This document shows, in pieces, positions 20,190 to 30,000 of a stretch of 64,000 nt of DNA; position 1 is the stretch's first letter, and every line of letters starts with the position of its first letter. Position numbers and translations under genes: made by a program. The notes under the pieces are model-generated. The model ran no database searches and had not been told where the DNA came from. It saw only the letters and a list, made by a program, of their open reading frames with translations. Location: positions 32,001-96,000 of the forward strand of contig CAWIKF010000001.1 in NCBI GenBank assembly GCA_963836755.1, written 5' to 3'. This stretch comes from an uncultured Verrucomicrobiae bacterium. Its GTDB lineage: Bacteria; Verrucomicrobiota; Verrucomicrobiia; Chthoniobacterales; Chthoniobacteraceae.

Positions 20190-23120
20190 ATGACTTCTTC
20201 GTCAAAACCTTCGCGCTCACGGCTGCGGCCAGTGCATATTTTCGTCTTCGCGATCCTGCTTTTCGCTGCCGCAATCTGCTATCCGCGATCCTTTCGGTTT
20301 TGCGTGGGCGAGCTGCTGAAACTCGAGGCGCACCGCCGCGGCTGGCAGGTCCAGATCGGAAAAATGCGCGGCAGCCTGACGACGCCCCTCGAGTTCGAAG
20401 ACGTTCATCTCGAAAGGAAAAGCGAATCCGGCAGGAGCGCACAGCTCACCGCCGAGAAGATCGGCGCGACATTCTTCTGGAAAAATTTGCTCTGGAAACA
20501 CAGCGAAAACTTTTGGCAGGAACTGCGCATCGAGAGACTCACTGGCAGTGTCGAAATCCCCGAGGCACTGCCGCCGAATCCGAAAAGAACCGAAAGCAAA
20601 TCCGAAGCGAAGCCCGCGCGTTTTGCTTTGCCCGATGCGCTGGAGATGCGCGACTCGTCAATCGTCGTCCGTCAAAACGGCGACTTTATCCGGTTCGACC
20701 ATGTCGATTTTCACGCGAGCAATGTCGAAACCGGAGCGATTCACATCGATGCGCTCGCGGTGCGGCAGCCGTGGCTGACGACGAAGTTTCAGGACCTGCG
20801 CGGCACGATCGCGTTGCAGAATTCCCGGCTCGTCCTTGCTGGGATCACGCTTGAGGATTCGCTGCTGATTCAGAACGCATCGGCCGATCTGCCGGAGCTG
20901 CTGCATGGACGGTTGAAAATGGATTTCGCCCTCGCGGCCTTTAATGGAGCGGTTCGCGGAGAACTGCGCAGCGCCTCGCGCGACCAGCACGTGAACTTTG
21001 AAGGCAGCGGAACTTTTTCCCAAATTTCCATCGCCAAGCTCGCTGCTTTTTTAAATCGCGATGCCGACGGCGTCATCAAGGAAGGAAAATTCACGTTCCA
21101 CGGCTCGCCGCGAAATCTCGCGAAGGCGACATTTTCCACACGTTTCGAAGCGACCGATTTTCGATGGGGCACACGCAAATGGAACTCGCTCGTTCTCGGC
21201 GCCACGCTCGTGAATCACCGGCTCATGATTCCGGAATTCCAGCTCCAGCAGGCACACAATTCTCTCTCGCTCAAAGGCGAAATGCCGGTGCCGAATGATC
21301 GGCCCGACTGGTGGCAGGACGACTTTAATTTCAACATTGACGCGAAAATTGGGAATCTCGCCGAGCTCGCGGCGCTGCTCCCGCGCGGGTTTTCACCAAT
21401 GTCGGGCAAGGCGACGATCGATGGCGCGGTGAGTGGGAAAAAACTTTCCTTTAACGGTCAGTTAACTGTCACGGGTGCCGAACTTTCCTACGGCGCGGTG
21501 CCCATCGACAAACTGCACGCCGAGCTGAAGCTCAACGGAAACGAAGTGCAGCTCACCAGCGCGGAGTTCATCCACGGCGGCGATTTTTTGCGCGGCCACG
21601 GCGTCGTAAACATCCTCGGCGAAAAGCGCTACTGGGGCGAGATGAAGGCGTCGATCGCGGATCTCTCGCTTTATTCCGCGCTCATGCCGTGGGCGCTGCA
21701 AGGCGGGCTTGCGCTCGATTGGTCCGGCGACGGAGTAGCCGCTGCGCATTCGGGCGCGTTCAATGCGCAGTTCAAAAAACTCTCGCGCATCGGCATCGCC
21801 GGTTCGCTTCCGCTTAACCTCGACGCAGAGGGGACCTATTCGCCCGCGAGCATTTTCCTTAGCAAATTTTCGCTCTCAAACAATGAAACGAACCTTGCGG
21901 CAAAAGTCGTCGCCAACCCGCAAACGCTGTCGCTGCAAGGGCTGCGGGTTATTCACAAACAGGAAACGTGGTTTCAGGGCGACGCGCAGTTGCCGTTGAA
22001 CATTTGGCTCGCATGGCAAAATGCGACGAGTGCGAGCTGGTGGAACTTTGCAGCGCCATTCAAAATAAATCTCAGCGCGCAAAATCTTTCGCTCCACGAA
22101 TTGTTGACGCTGACGGGGAGCGATCAGCCCGTGCACGGGCAGGTGAGCGGCAGTTTCACGACCGATGGGCAGCTCGCAAAACTCGACATGGGAGGCGAAT
22201 TGCAATTGCGCAAAATTGACGCCGATATTGCGCCCGTGCAGATCAACGGGGCGGATGCGGATCTTGCATTTCAAGGCGCTACAGTCGTCGTCAAAACTTT
22301 GAGCGCGTCGGTGGACCGCTTGAGTTTTACCACCAAAGGTTTGGTGACGCTCAGCGATGTGCGCACGCCGCAGCTCGCGCTCGCGCTGCATCTTCCGATG
22401 TTCCCGTTGATCTTCAGCCCCGAGTTTCACGCCGAGACGGAGCAGGATTTGGAAATCGACGGAGCGCCCGAAACGGCGCGCGTCAGCGGCAGCGTTCGCA
22501 TCAAGTCGCTCAGTCCGGTTCCACGCACTCTCAACGTTGCATCGCTCTTGAATCCTGACGGCATCGCGCTCGACAAGCCGCTGACGCCATTTTCGTTCGT
22601 GCAAATTCCATTTAAAAAATGGCAGCTGGATTGCAACGTCACCGGGTCGGCACCGCTTCAGCTCGTCAACACCAACGGCATCGTTACGCCGGAGATTCAT
22701 GTTGTTGGCTCGCCTGCCGCGCCGGAAATTCGCGGCCGCGTTGACGTCTCGAAACTTGCAGCGACGTCCGGTGCGACAAAACTCAGGATTGATTCTGGCT
22801 CAGTTTTTTTCGGCGAAGCAGAGCCGCTCCTCGCCTTGAATGTGAATGGCGTTCGCGGCGGCATCGGATTCGACGGATGGATTTTCGGACCGTTGCGAAA
22901 CAAGCGGTATGTCTGGCAATCGAGCAGCGAGGCGGACCCGACCGTCCTCGACGAAACGATCACGCCCGAACCGGCTGCGGCAAAGTTTCGTTCATCGTTT
23001 TCCGCCGCTCCGTTTTCCCTCGCGATCACACGCAGCGCGCGGCAAACCTTGACGCCATCAGCCTCGCCGGGCACTGACGTTCCAATGGTCTGGCCTCCGC
23101 AAACCGCGCCCGCACAATGA
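20190..23120 (+). CDS. Large AsmA/TamB-like envelope protein
   Basis: N-terminal membrane anchor followed by about 900 aa of repetitive beta-strand-rich sequence; C-terminal P.I.G.V segment. Start codon uncertain. Confidence 0.6.
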   Translation: MTSSSKPSRSRLRPVHIFVFAILLFAAAICYPRSFRFCVGELLKLEAHRRGWQVQIGKMRGSLTTPLEFEDVHLERKSESGRSAQLTAEKIGATFFWKNLLWKHSENFWQELRIERLTGSVEIPEALPPNPKRTESKSEAKPARFALPDALEMRDSSIVVRQNGDFIRFDHVDFHASNVETGAIHIDALAVRQPWLTTKFQDLRGTIALQNSRLVLAGITLEDSLLIQNASADLPELLHGRLKMDFALAAFNGAVRGELRSASRDQHVNFEGSGTFSQISIAKLAAFLNRDADGVIKEGKFTFHGSPRNLAKATFSTRFEATDFRWGTRKWNSLVLGATLVNHRLMIPEFQLQQAHNSLSLKGEMPVPNDRPDWWQDDFNFNIDAKIGNLAELAALLPRGFSPMSGKATIDGAVSGKKLSFNGQLTVTGAELSYGAVPIDKLHAELKLNGNEVQLTSAEFIHGGDFLRGHGVVNILGEKRYWGEMKASIADLSLYSALMPWALQGGLALDWSGDGVAAAHSGAFNAQFKKLSRIGIAGSLPLNLDAEGTYSPASIFLSKFSLSNNETNLAAKVVANPQTLSLQGLRVIHKQETWFQGDAQLPLNIWLAWQNATSASWWNFAAPFKINLSAQNLSLHELLTLTGSDQPVHGQVSGSFTTDGQLAKLDMGGELQLRKIDADIAPVQINGADADLAFQGATVVVKTLSASVDRLSFTTKGLVTLSDVRTPQLALALHLPMFPLIFSPEFHAETEQDLEIDGAPETARVSGSVRIKSLSPVPRTLNVASLLNPDGIALDKPLTPFSFVQIPFKKWQLDCNVTGSAPLQLVNTNGIVTPEIHVVGSPAAPEIRGRVDVSKLAATSGATKLRIDSGSVFFGEAEPLLALNVNGVRGGIGFDGWIFGPLRNKRYVWQSSSEADPTVLDETITPEPAAAKFRSSFSAAPFSLAITRSARQTLTPSASPGTDVPMVWPPQTAPAQ

Positions 23121-24253
23121 ATCATCCCCGGCGTGGATTGTTCATCGGGCGATTTTTTGGGATCCGATTTTACCTCGATTACAGCTGGTTTCTCATCGCC
23201 GCAATCGTGGTTTACACGCTCGCGACGAAATATTTTCCACTGGTTTTGCCCGATCGCGAAAGCGGCATTTATCTTTTGATGGGCGTCTTCGCTGCGGGAT
23301 TGTTTTTTCTCAGCATCATCCTGCACGAACTTGGGCACAGCATTGTGAGTCAGCGATGCGGGATTCCGGTGCCGCGCATCACGCTGCTCTTCATCGGCGG
23401 CATCGCTCAAATTTCACGCGAACCCGACGATGCAAAGTCCGAGCTGAAGATCGCGCTTGCGGGTCCGGTCGTCAGTGCTGGGCTGGCGATTGTTTATGAA
23501 ATGTTTGCGCTGATTTTTTCGCGAGTTGGTTTCTCGGAATGCGCGCTGATTTTCAGCTGGCTCGCGTCGGTGAACCTCGCGCTCATCATCTTCAATTCGA
23601 TTCCTGGCTACCCGCTCGACGGGGGGCGCGTGCTCCGCTCGCTTATTTGGGCGAAGACCAAAAACCTCCGCCGCGCCACCTACATCACCACGCGCATCGG
23701 CGTCGGGTTCAGCTGGGTGCTGATGCTGCTCGGAGTGTTCGCGTTGTTCAATCGCGAGTGGAACGCGCTTGTGCTTTTCATCATCGGCATTTTTTTAAAA
23801 ACCGCGGCCGAGAGCGGTTACCAGCAGGTGCTTTATCACGAAATCCTCGGCGGCGTGCTCGTGCGCGACATCATGACGGCGCAGCCGATCTGCATCCCCG
23901 AAATGCTGCCGCTCAACCTAGTCGTCGACGACTTTTTCCTCGCGAAACATCACACTGCTTTTCCTGTCCGCGACGACGTCGGCGGATTCCGCGGTCTGCT
24001 GCGGATCGAGCATTTAAAGGCATTGCCGCGGGAAAAATGGCCATTCACCAGCGCGGGAGACATTGCGGCGGGCAACGGCTCAGCCGCTGAGCTGAGCATC
24101 GCGGCTGATGAATCAGCGACGCGCGCGGTCCGGCGTTTGCTCGCGGGCGGCGAGGGACGGCTCGCGGTGCTCGATGGCGGCAAAGTTGCGGGGATCATCA
24201 CGCGTCACGACGTTTTGAGTTTCATCAAAATCCACACCGAGCTGGAAAATTAG
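23117..24253 (+). CDS. Site-2 protease (peptidase M50) with CBS domains
   Basis: HELGH, NSIPGYPLDGGRVLR, C-terminal CBS pair (VRDIM...GIITRHDV). Confidence 0.92.
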   Translation: MNHPRRGLFIGRFFGIRFYLDYSWFLIAAIVVYTLATKYFPLVLPDRESGIYLLMGVFAAGLFFLSIILHELGHSIVSQRCGIPVPRITLLFIGGIAQISREPDDAKSELKIALAGPVVSAGLAIVYEMFALIFSRVGFSECALIFSWLASVNLALIIFNSIPGYPLDGGRVLRSLIWAKTKNLRRATYITTRIGVGFSWVLMLLGVFALFNREWNALVLFIIGIFLKTAAESGYQQVLYHEILGGVLVRDIMTAQPICIPEMLPLNLVVDDFFLAKHHTAFPVRDDVGGFRGLLRIEHLKALPREKWPFTSAGDIAAGNGSAAELSIAADESATRAVRRLLAGGEGRLAVLDGGKVAGIITRHDVLSFIKIHTELEN

Positions 24254-24858
24254 CGGACGAAATCAATCCAGCCGAAACGCCGCGGAATGTGGAAAAGCGG
24301 CCGGCCCGTGGGCGACCACGCGCTGAGCTCGCGGGCAGAATTTTCCGGTCGATCAATGCGGTAAAAGTTCGCGCGCCATTGCTGCGTCCCCGGCAAATCC
24401 GGGCCGAGACTTCCAAATGGAATCGCAATCTCCACCTCCCAAAACTCCGGCTGCAAATCGACCGAGGTCCGCAGCCCCTCGCAATTCCACGCGAAAGATT
24501 TTCGGTAGCCGTTTTGATTGCGGCGCAGCACCAGATCGCAGACGGCGTTGCGCGGATTGACCTCGATTTCAAAATAGCTTTCAAGATCGCCCACCGGATC
24601 GAGAAAAACTTCCACGATCTCTTCCTCGTAAAGTGGCGCATCCCGCTTCGTCATCGTGGCCCACGCATTTGTGTCGCGGCAGCTAAATAAAACGAAAAGC
24701 TCCTGCTCAGTCCACGCAAGCTTGAGCGAGGTTTGCTGCGACGGCTCGCCGCCGTGCACCGCCTCTTTCAGGAAAACCGCCGGAATCCTCTCCCAATCAG
24801 GCTTCCCGGCAAAAAGACCGCACTCGATTCGCGGCTCTTTTTCCTCTATTGCCGACAC
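24250..24858 (-). CDS. Carbohydrate-binding family 9-like protein
   Basis: EIVEVFLDP, YFEIEVNP, W.VEIAIPF, WRANFYRID, WSPT...FH.P..FG. Confidence 0.75.
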   Translation of the reverse strand: MSAIEEKEPRIECGLFAGKPDWERIPAVFLKEAVHGGEPSQQTSLKLAWTEQELFVLFSCRDTNAWATMTKRDAPLYEEEIVEVFLDPVGDLESYFEIEVNPRNAVCDLVLRRNQNGYRKSFAWNCEGLRTSVDLQPEFWEVEIAIPFGSLGPDLPGTQQWRANFYRIDRPENSARELSAWSPTGRPLFHIPRRFGWIDFVR

Positions 24859-24859
24859 G

Positions 24860-25372
24860 CTACTGCGGCGGTTGCAGCGTGAAAATCTTCGCGATGGCCG
24901 CCCCGAATACTAAAATTGCCACGCCCGAAAATGCGAGGATGGCGCGGCCTTTCGGATCCTTTTTTTTCTTCTTCGTCTTGAAGGGAGACGCGTTTGTGAA
25001 GTCGCTTGGACGATGGCTCGACTCGGCCGGCTTGGTATGATGATCGCCGTCCTCCTCCTCGGGCATCGGATGTGCCTCGCTCGCGACCTCCGATGCATAC
25101 ACAGCCGCGATTTTTCCAAAGCGCACGCGGTCGCCGTCGTGGAGCAAAGCGCCATCGACCGAGCGGTCGTTCACGCGCGTGCCGTTGGTCGAGTTCAAAT
25201 CCTTCAGATGATAATCGCCGCCAGTCAGCAGCAGTTGCGCGTGATGGCTCGAGACCGACGCGTCGTCGATGTGAATCATGTTATCGCCAGTCCGCCCGAC
25301 CGTGATCTGGTCTTCGCCCAGCTCGTGCGTGACTTCCTGGCCATCGGGCATGGTGATGATGAGCTTCGGCAT
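24860..25372 (-). CDS. FHA-domain protein with C-terminal membrane anchor
   Basis: VGR...SVSSHHA...DLNSTNGT..N FHA motifs; hydrophobic C-terminal helix. Confidence 0.9.
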   Translation of the reverse strand: MPKLIITMPDGQEVTHELGEDQITVGRTGDNMIHIDDASVSSHHAQLLLTGGDYHLKDLNSTNGTRVNDRSVDGALLHDGDRVRFGKIAAVYASEVASEAHPMPEEEDGDHHTKPAESSHRPSDFTNASPFKTKKKKKDPKGRAILAFSGVAILVFGAAIAKIFTLQPPQ

Positions 25373-25384
25373 GCTTTTAAAATA

Positions 25385-26560
25385 TCAGCGCGCCTGCGTC
25401 TCCTCAATCAATTTACGGAACTCGCCGAAAAAGTAGTGCGCGTCGTGCGGGCCGGGCGCGGCCTCGGGATGATATTGCACGCTGAAAACCGGATGCTCGC
25501 GATGCCGCATTCCCTCGACCGTCCCGTCGTTGAGATTGATGTGCGACACCTCCACATTCGCCGGCAGCGAATCGGGATCGACCGCGAACCCGTGATTCTG
25601 CGCAGTGATCGCGACCTGTCCCGTTTTCAAATCCTGCACCGGCTGGTTGCCGCCGTGATGGCCGAACTTCAGCTTGAAAGTTTTTCCGCCAAACGCGTAG
25701 CCGAGGATTTGATGGCCGAGACAAATGCCGAAAATCGGCGTCCGCCCGATCAGCTCGCGCAAAGTTGCATGCGCGTAGCCGAGCGCCGCCGGATCGCCCG
25801 GGCCATTCGACAAAAACACGCCGTCGGGTTTCATCGCCAGCACATCGCTAGCGGATGTTTTCGCCGGCACCACGCGCACCTTGAATCCCTGCTGCCGCAG
25901 ATTGCGCAAAATGTTGTGCTTGATGCCGAAATCATACGCGACGATCTCGTGCGTAACCGGCGGCAACTTTTCAAAACTTTCGCCGTTGTCGCCGATCTCG
26001 ATTTTCGAGCTGTCGCCTTTGACGATCGTCCAATTGCGCGAAAGTTTGTCCTCCGGGTCCCAATCATAAGCCGCGCTCGCCGTCACCTCGCCGACGAAAT
26101 CCATGCCGACCATCCCCTCGCCTTGCCGCGCGCGGGCGACAGCTTCGTCCGGCGAAATGTCGTCAGTTGTCAAACACGCTTTCATCGCTCCCTTCTCGCG
26201 CAAATGCCGCGTGAGCGCGCGCGTGTCCACGCCCTGAATGCCGGCGACGTTCCACTTTTTAAAATAATCATCGAGCGACATCTGCGAGCGCCAATTGCTC
26301 GGGATCGCGCTCAGCTCCTCGATTACAAACCCTCGCACATGCGGCGCGGCGCTCTCGGCGTCGAGCGCATTCACGCCGTAATTTCCGATCAGCGGATACG
26401 TCATCGCCACGATCTGGCCGCGATACGACGGATCGGTGAGCACCTCCTGATAACCCGTCATCGAAGTGTTAAACACCATCTCGCCGAGCGCTGTGCCGGC
26501 TGTGCCAAAGGATTCGCCGGTAAAAGTGCGGCCGTCTTCGAGTGCTAAAATCGCGCGCAT
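25385..26560 (-). CDS. carA: Carbamoyl-phosphate synthase small subunit
   Basis: [35 protein letters not shown]. Confidence 0.97.
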   Translation of the reverse strand: MRAILALEDGRTFTGESFGTAGTALGEMVFNTSMTGYQEVLTDPSYRGQIVAMTYPLIGNYGVNALDAESAAPHVRGFVIEELSAIPSNWRSQMSLDDYFKKWNVAGIQGVDTRALTRHLREKGAMKACLTTDDISPDEAVARARQGEGMVGMDFVGEVTASAAYDWDPEDKLSRNWTIVKGDSSKIEIGDNGESFEKLPPVTHEIVAYDFGIKHNILRNLRQQGFKVRVVPAKTSASDVLAMKPDGVFLSNGPGDPAALGYAHATLRELIGRTPIFGICLGHQILGYAFGGKTFKLKFGHHGGNQPVQDLKTGQVAITAQNHGFAVDPDSLPANVEVSHINLNDGTVEGMRHREHPVFSVQYHPEAAPGPHDAHYFFGEFRKLIEETQAR

Positions 26561-26594
26561 GGCGACGCCCACTTTCGCGAGCGCGCGTTCGTTT

Positions 26595-27000
26595 TCAAAT
26601 CAATTTCCGTCGAGAATTTTTTTCGCAAGCCGCGAGCGCTTCGGGAAGTTTTGCCGCGTCCTTGCCGCCGCCGCGCGCGCTGTCCGGTTTGCCGCCGCCT
26701 TTGCCGCCGACGATCGGCGCGATCTGCTGGATGATTTTTCCTGCGGAAAACTTTGCGGTGAAATCCGACGAAACGCTCGCGACGAGTCCCACGCTGTGGC
26801 CAGGGTCACGAGACCCCGGCTACAACGACCACGCCTTTGAAAGCCGTGCGACTGTCAGCGCATCGGCAATCGTCTGCAACATCTTCGCCGCTCGCGCCTT
26901 GATTTCGCGATGATCGCCGGCGTGCCGTTGACCGTCGCCGATGATTTCGCGATCAAAGTTTTCGCGCGCCCCGCGGCTTCGCGCTTCTGCGCGGCGCGTT
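26595..27000 (-). other. alaS: C-terminal (C-Ala/DHHA1) part of alaS, split across several reading frames
   Basis: Fragments [34 protein letters not shown] and VGLVASVS...[20 protein letters not shown] lie in successive different frames. Confidence 0.85.
26795..26824 (-). repeat. GTAG-type REP-like hairpin inside the alaS DHHA1 region
   Basis: Minus strand TGTAGCCGGGGTC-TCGT-GACCCTGGCCACA: 13-bp imperfect stem beginning with GTAG. Confidence 0.6.
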
Positions 27001-30000
27001 GAGCGCTTTCTCCAAATCTTTTTGCTGCGCGAGCATCGCATCGAGTTTCTTTTCGATCTCGCCCACCGGCGCGTTGAGCTTCGCGGCAAAGTTTTTCAAA
27101 CGCTCGCTGTCCGCTGCCGCAAAATCGTAGGCATTCAAACCCGCAACCGCCTCGATGCGCCGCACACCCGCCGCGATCGCCGCCTCGCTCACGATTTTGA
27201 AAAGCCCGATCTCGCCCGTGGCGCGCGTGTGCGTGCCGGCGCAGAGCTCCATGCTGTATCCATCGAGCTTCGCGGGCGATCCGCCGATCTGCACCACGCG
27301 CACAACGTCCCCATATTTGTCGCCGAAAAATTGCATCACATCCGGCCGGCCCTTGATCTCGGCGAACGGCACTTCCGTCCATGCCACGCCCGCATTCTCC
27401 ACGATTTTTTCGTTCACCAACTTTTCCATATCGCGCACCTGCGCGGGCGTGAGCGCGGGACTGTTGAAATCAAACGTCAGCTTCTCCGGCCCGACGGACG
27501 ATCCCTTCTGCGTCGCGTCTTTGCTCACCACTTCATGCAGCGCCCAATGCAAAAGATGCGTCACCGTGTGATGCCGCTGGATCGCCGCGCGCCGCGCCGC
27601 ATCGAACTCCACCGTCACATGCTCGCCCGGGCTCGGCGCGTCGCCGCCCTCGATGAAATGCAGCCACGTCGCGCCGCTCTTCTGCGTATTCACGATGCGC
27701 CAAAGTTTCCCCGCGCCCGTCAATTCGCCCGTGTCGCCGACCTGCCCGCCCATCTCCGCGTAGCACACGGAATTATTGAGCACGACCGCCGTCTTCTCCT
27801 TCAGCGCGACCACTTCCTGCACATCGGCGCCGGTGTGATTGTGATCATAGCCAAGAAAATGCGTCGGCTCCTTCGTCTCGATCTGCGAAAGCTCGATCAC
27901 CTGTTTCTTCTGCGCCGCGCGGGCGCGAGAGCGCTGCTCTTCCATCAACTTTTCAAAACCAGCCGTGTCCACGGAAAGCCCGCGCTCGCGAGCCATTAGT
28001 TCCGTGAGGTCGAGCGGAAAGCCCTGTTCATCATAAAGGCGAAAAGCAAACGCGCCCGAGATCACGCGGTCCGTCGCATCGGGAGCGGGCGCATCGGGAG
28101 CGCACGCTTCCAGCGTGCTGTGCTTCGCATCCTGCGGAGCACCTCCGGCAGATCCCGCCGCCCGATCACACCAAGTCCACAACCACGGATAATCCTGACC
28201 CGCCTCGACCGCGCTTTCCGCATTCCCGCAAATGTAAAAAAACTTTTCCTCCACTTCTTCGTCACTGCGCATCAATCGATCATGCGATTCCTTTTCCCAA
28301 ACCGGCGTCCCGCGGTTTCCTTCCAGTTGATTGATCTCGTTTGCCGTGAACGATTTTATGGAATGCGTCAGCTCCGTGAGATTCCAAAAGACCGGCGGGG
28401 TGTCCATATCCGTCGGTTTTATCCACGGCTGCAACAGCACATGGACATGGTCGGGCATGACCACGGCCGCGAACAGATCGTAGCGGATTTGGTCAAAGTG
28501 CAGCAGCGCCTTCAGCACGATATCGCGGGCCGCAGGCGTGAGGATGCGGCGCTGGTGCGTGGTGAAAGTGATATGGTAGATGCCGTGCGGACGCTCGTAG
28601 TGGGGGAGGTTGCGGCGTGAAAAGCGGGCGCCGGGGGCGCGGAGTCTGGTTTGGGTGGTGGGCGTGGGGATGGCATCCGGCAGGATGCCGGATGCGGCAC
28701 GCTGGAAGCGTGCGCTCCCGGTCGCATCCCCGGTCGGACGCTGCGGGAGCGGATCCGTCGGGAGCGCACCCATCTTGGGTGCATCAGCCGGCATCCTGCC
28801 GGCGTCTCCGCTTACCCGCCCAACCTCGCGCTCAAAAAGCTCGATCCCCTTATCCAGCGTCCGATTAAACGCCTCCTCCTCGCGCTTCAGAACTTCCTCA
28901 ATCTGCTTTTGCTTCCCGCGGATCTCGGGGAAGACGTCGCCTATCGTGCGGGCGAGGACGGCGACGAGTTTGTAGAAAAACGGCTCGTGGAAGCCGAGCG
29001 TGCGGCCGTAGCGGACGGCGCGGCGCAGGATGCGGCGCAGGACGTAGTTGCGGTCGGTGTTGCCGGGCTGGATGCCGTCGGCTATCGCAAAACTGAGAGT
29101 GCGGATGTGGTCGGCGATCACGCGAAAGGCGATGTCGAGAGCGATTTGATCGGGAGATACACTGGAAGTCGCATTCTCAGACCCGGTTTTAGGATTCTCA
29201 ACATCCGAACGGGAAACGTCTCTTTGGGGTCGGGAAACGTCTCTTTGGGCTTCGGAAACGTCTCTTTGGGCTTTGGAAACGTCGGCACGGGGTCCGGAAA
29301 CGTCGGTTTGCGGGTGGGAAACGTCTCCTTGGGGTTGGGAAACGTCTGCTTGGGGTTCGGAAACGTCCCGATGCGCTGGAGAAACGTCCGCTTGGGGGTT
29401 GGAAATGCCTTTTTGCCCTGTAGAAACGTCTTTTTCTCCTTCAGAAACCGTTTCCCGCGGGGAACCCGGCGTTTCCGGCGCAGAACCGGTTACTTCGCCT
29501 GTGCCCGGCAACGTGCTGCGGTAGGTTTTCCCGCTCATCCGCTCCAGCTCGTCGAAGATCGGGCGGAAAATGTCGGTTTCGTAGTTGGAAATCTTGGCGT
29601 TGGCGAAGTCGGTGAAGTTTCGCGTCCCCTGGATGATCGACGTCACGCGCTCGAAGCCCATGCCGGTGTCCACATGTTTCTGCGCGAGCGGGACGAATTC
29701 CGTCGGGAGCGCACCCATCTTGGGTGCATCAGCCGGCATCGTGCCGGCGTCTTCGCTTCGGCTGGAAGCCAAAGCGGGCACGCTGGAAGCGTGCGCTCCC
29801 TTTTCCCTCTGCGGCTGCGCGTTGAACTGGATGAAAACCAAATTCCAGATCTCGATGCATCGCGGGTCGCCTTTGTTCACCAAGGAGCCGCGGGTGTCGC
29901 CGGCCGGCGTCAAATCCACATGCAGCTCGCTGCACGGCCCGCACGGACCGGTATCGCCCATCATCCAAAAGTTATCTTTTTTGTTCCCATTGACGATGTG

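Noticed and set aside
26540..26548. CIRCE half-site GAGTGCTAA
   Set aside because: Only one half is present and it lies inside carA coding sequence; none was seen upstream of the hsp20 genes
28070..28820. Intein explanation for the large alaS insertion
   Set aside because: No intein N-terminal block or C-terminal His-Asn followed by Cys/Ser/Thr; the motifs are HUH/Y1 transposase type
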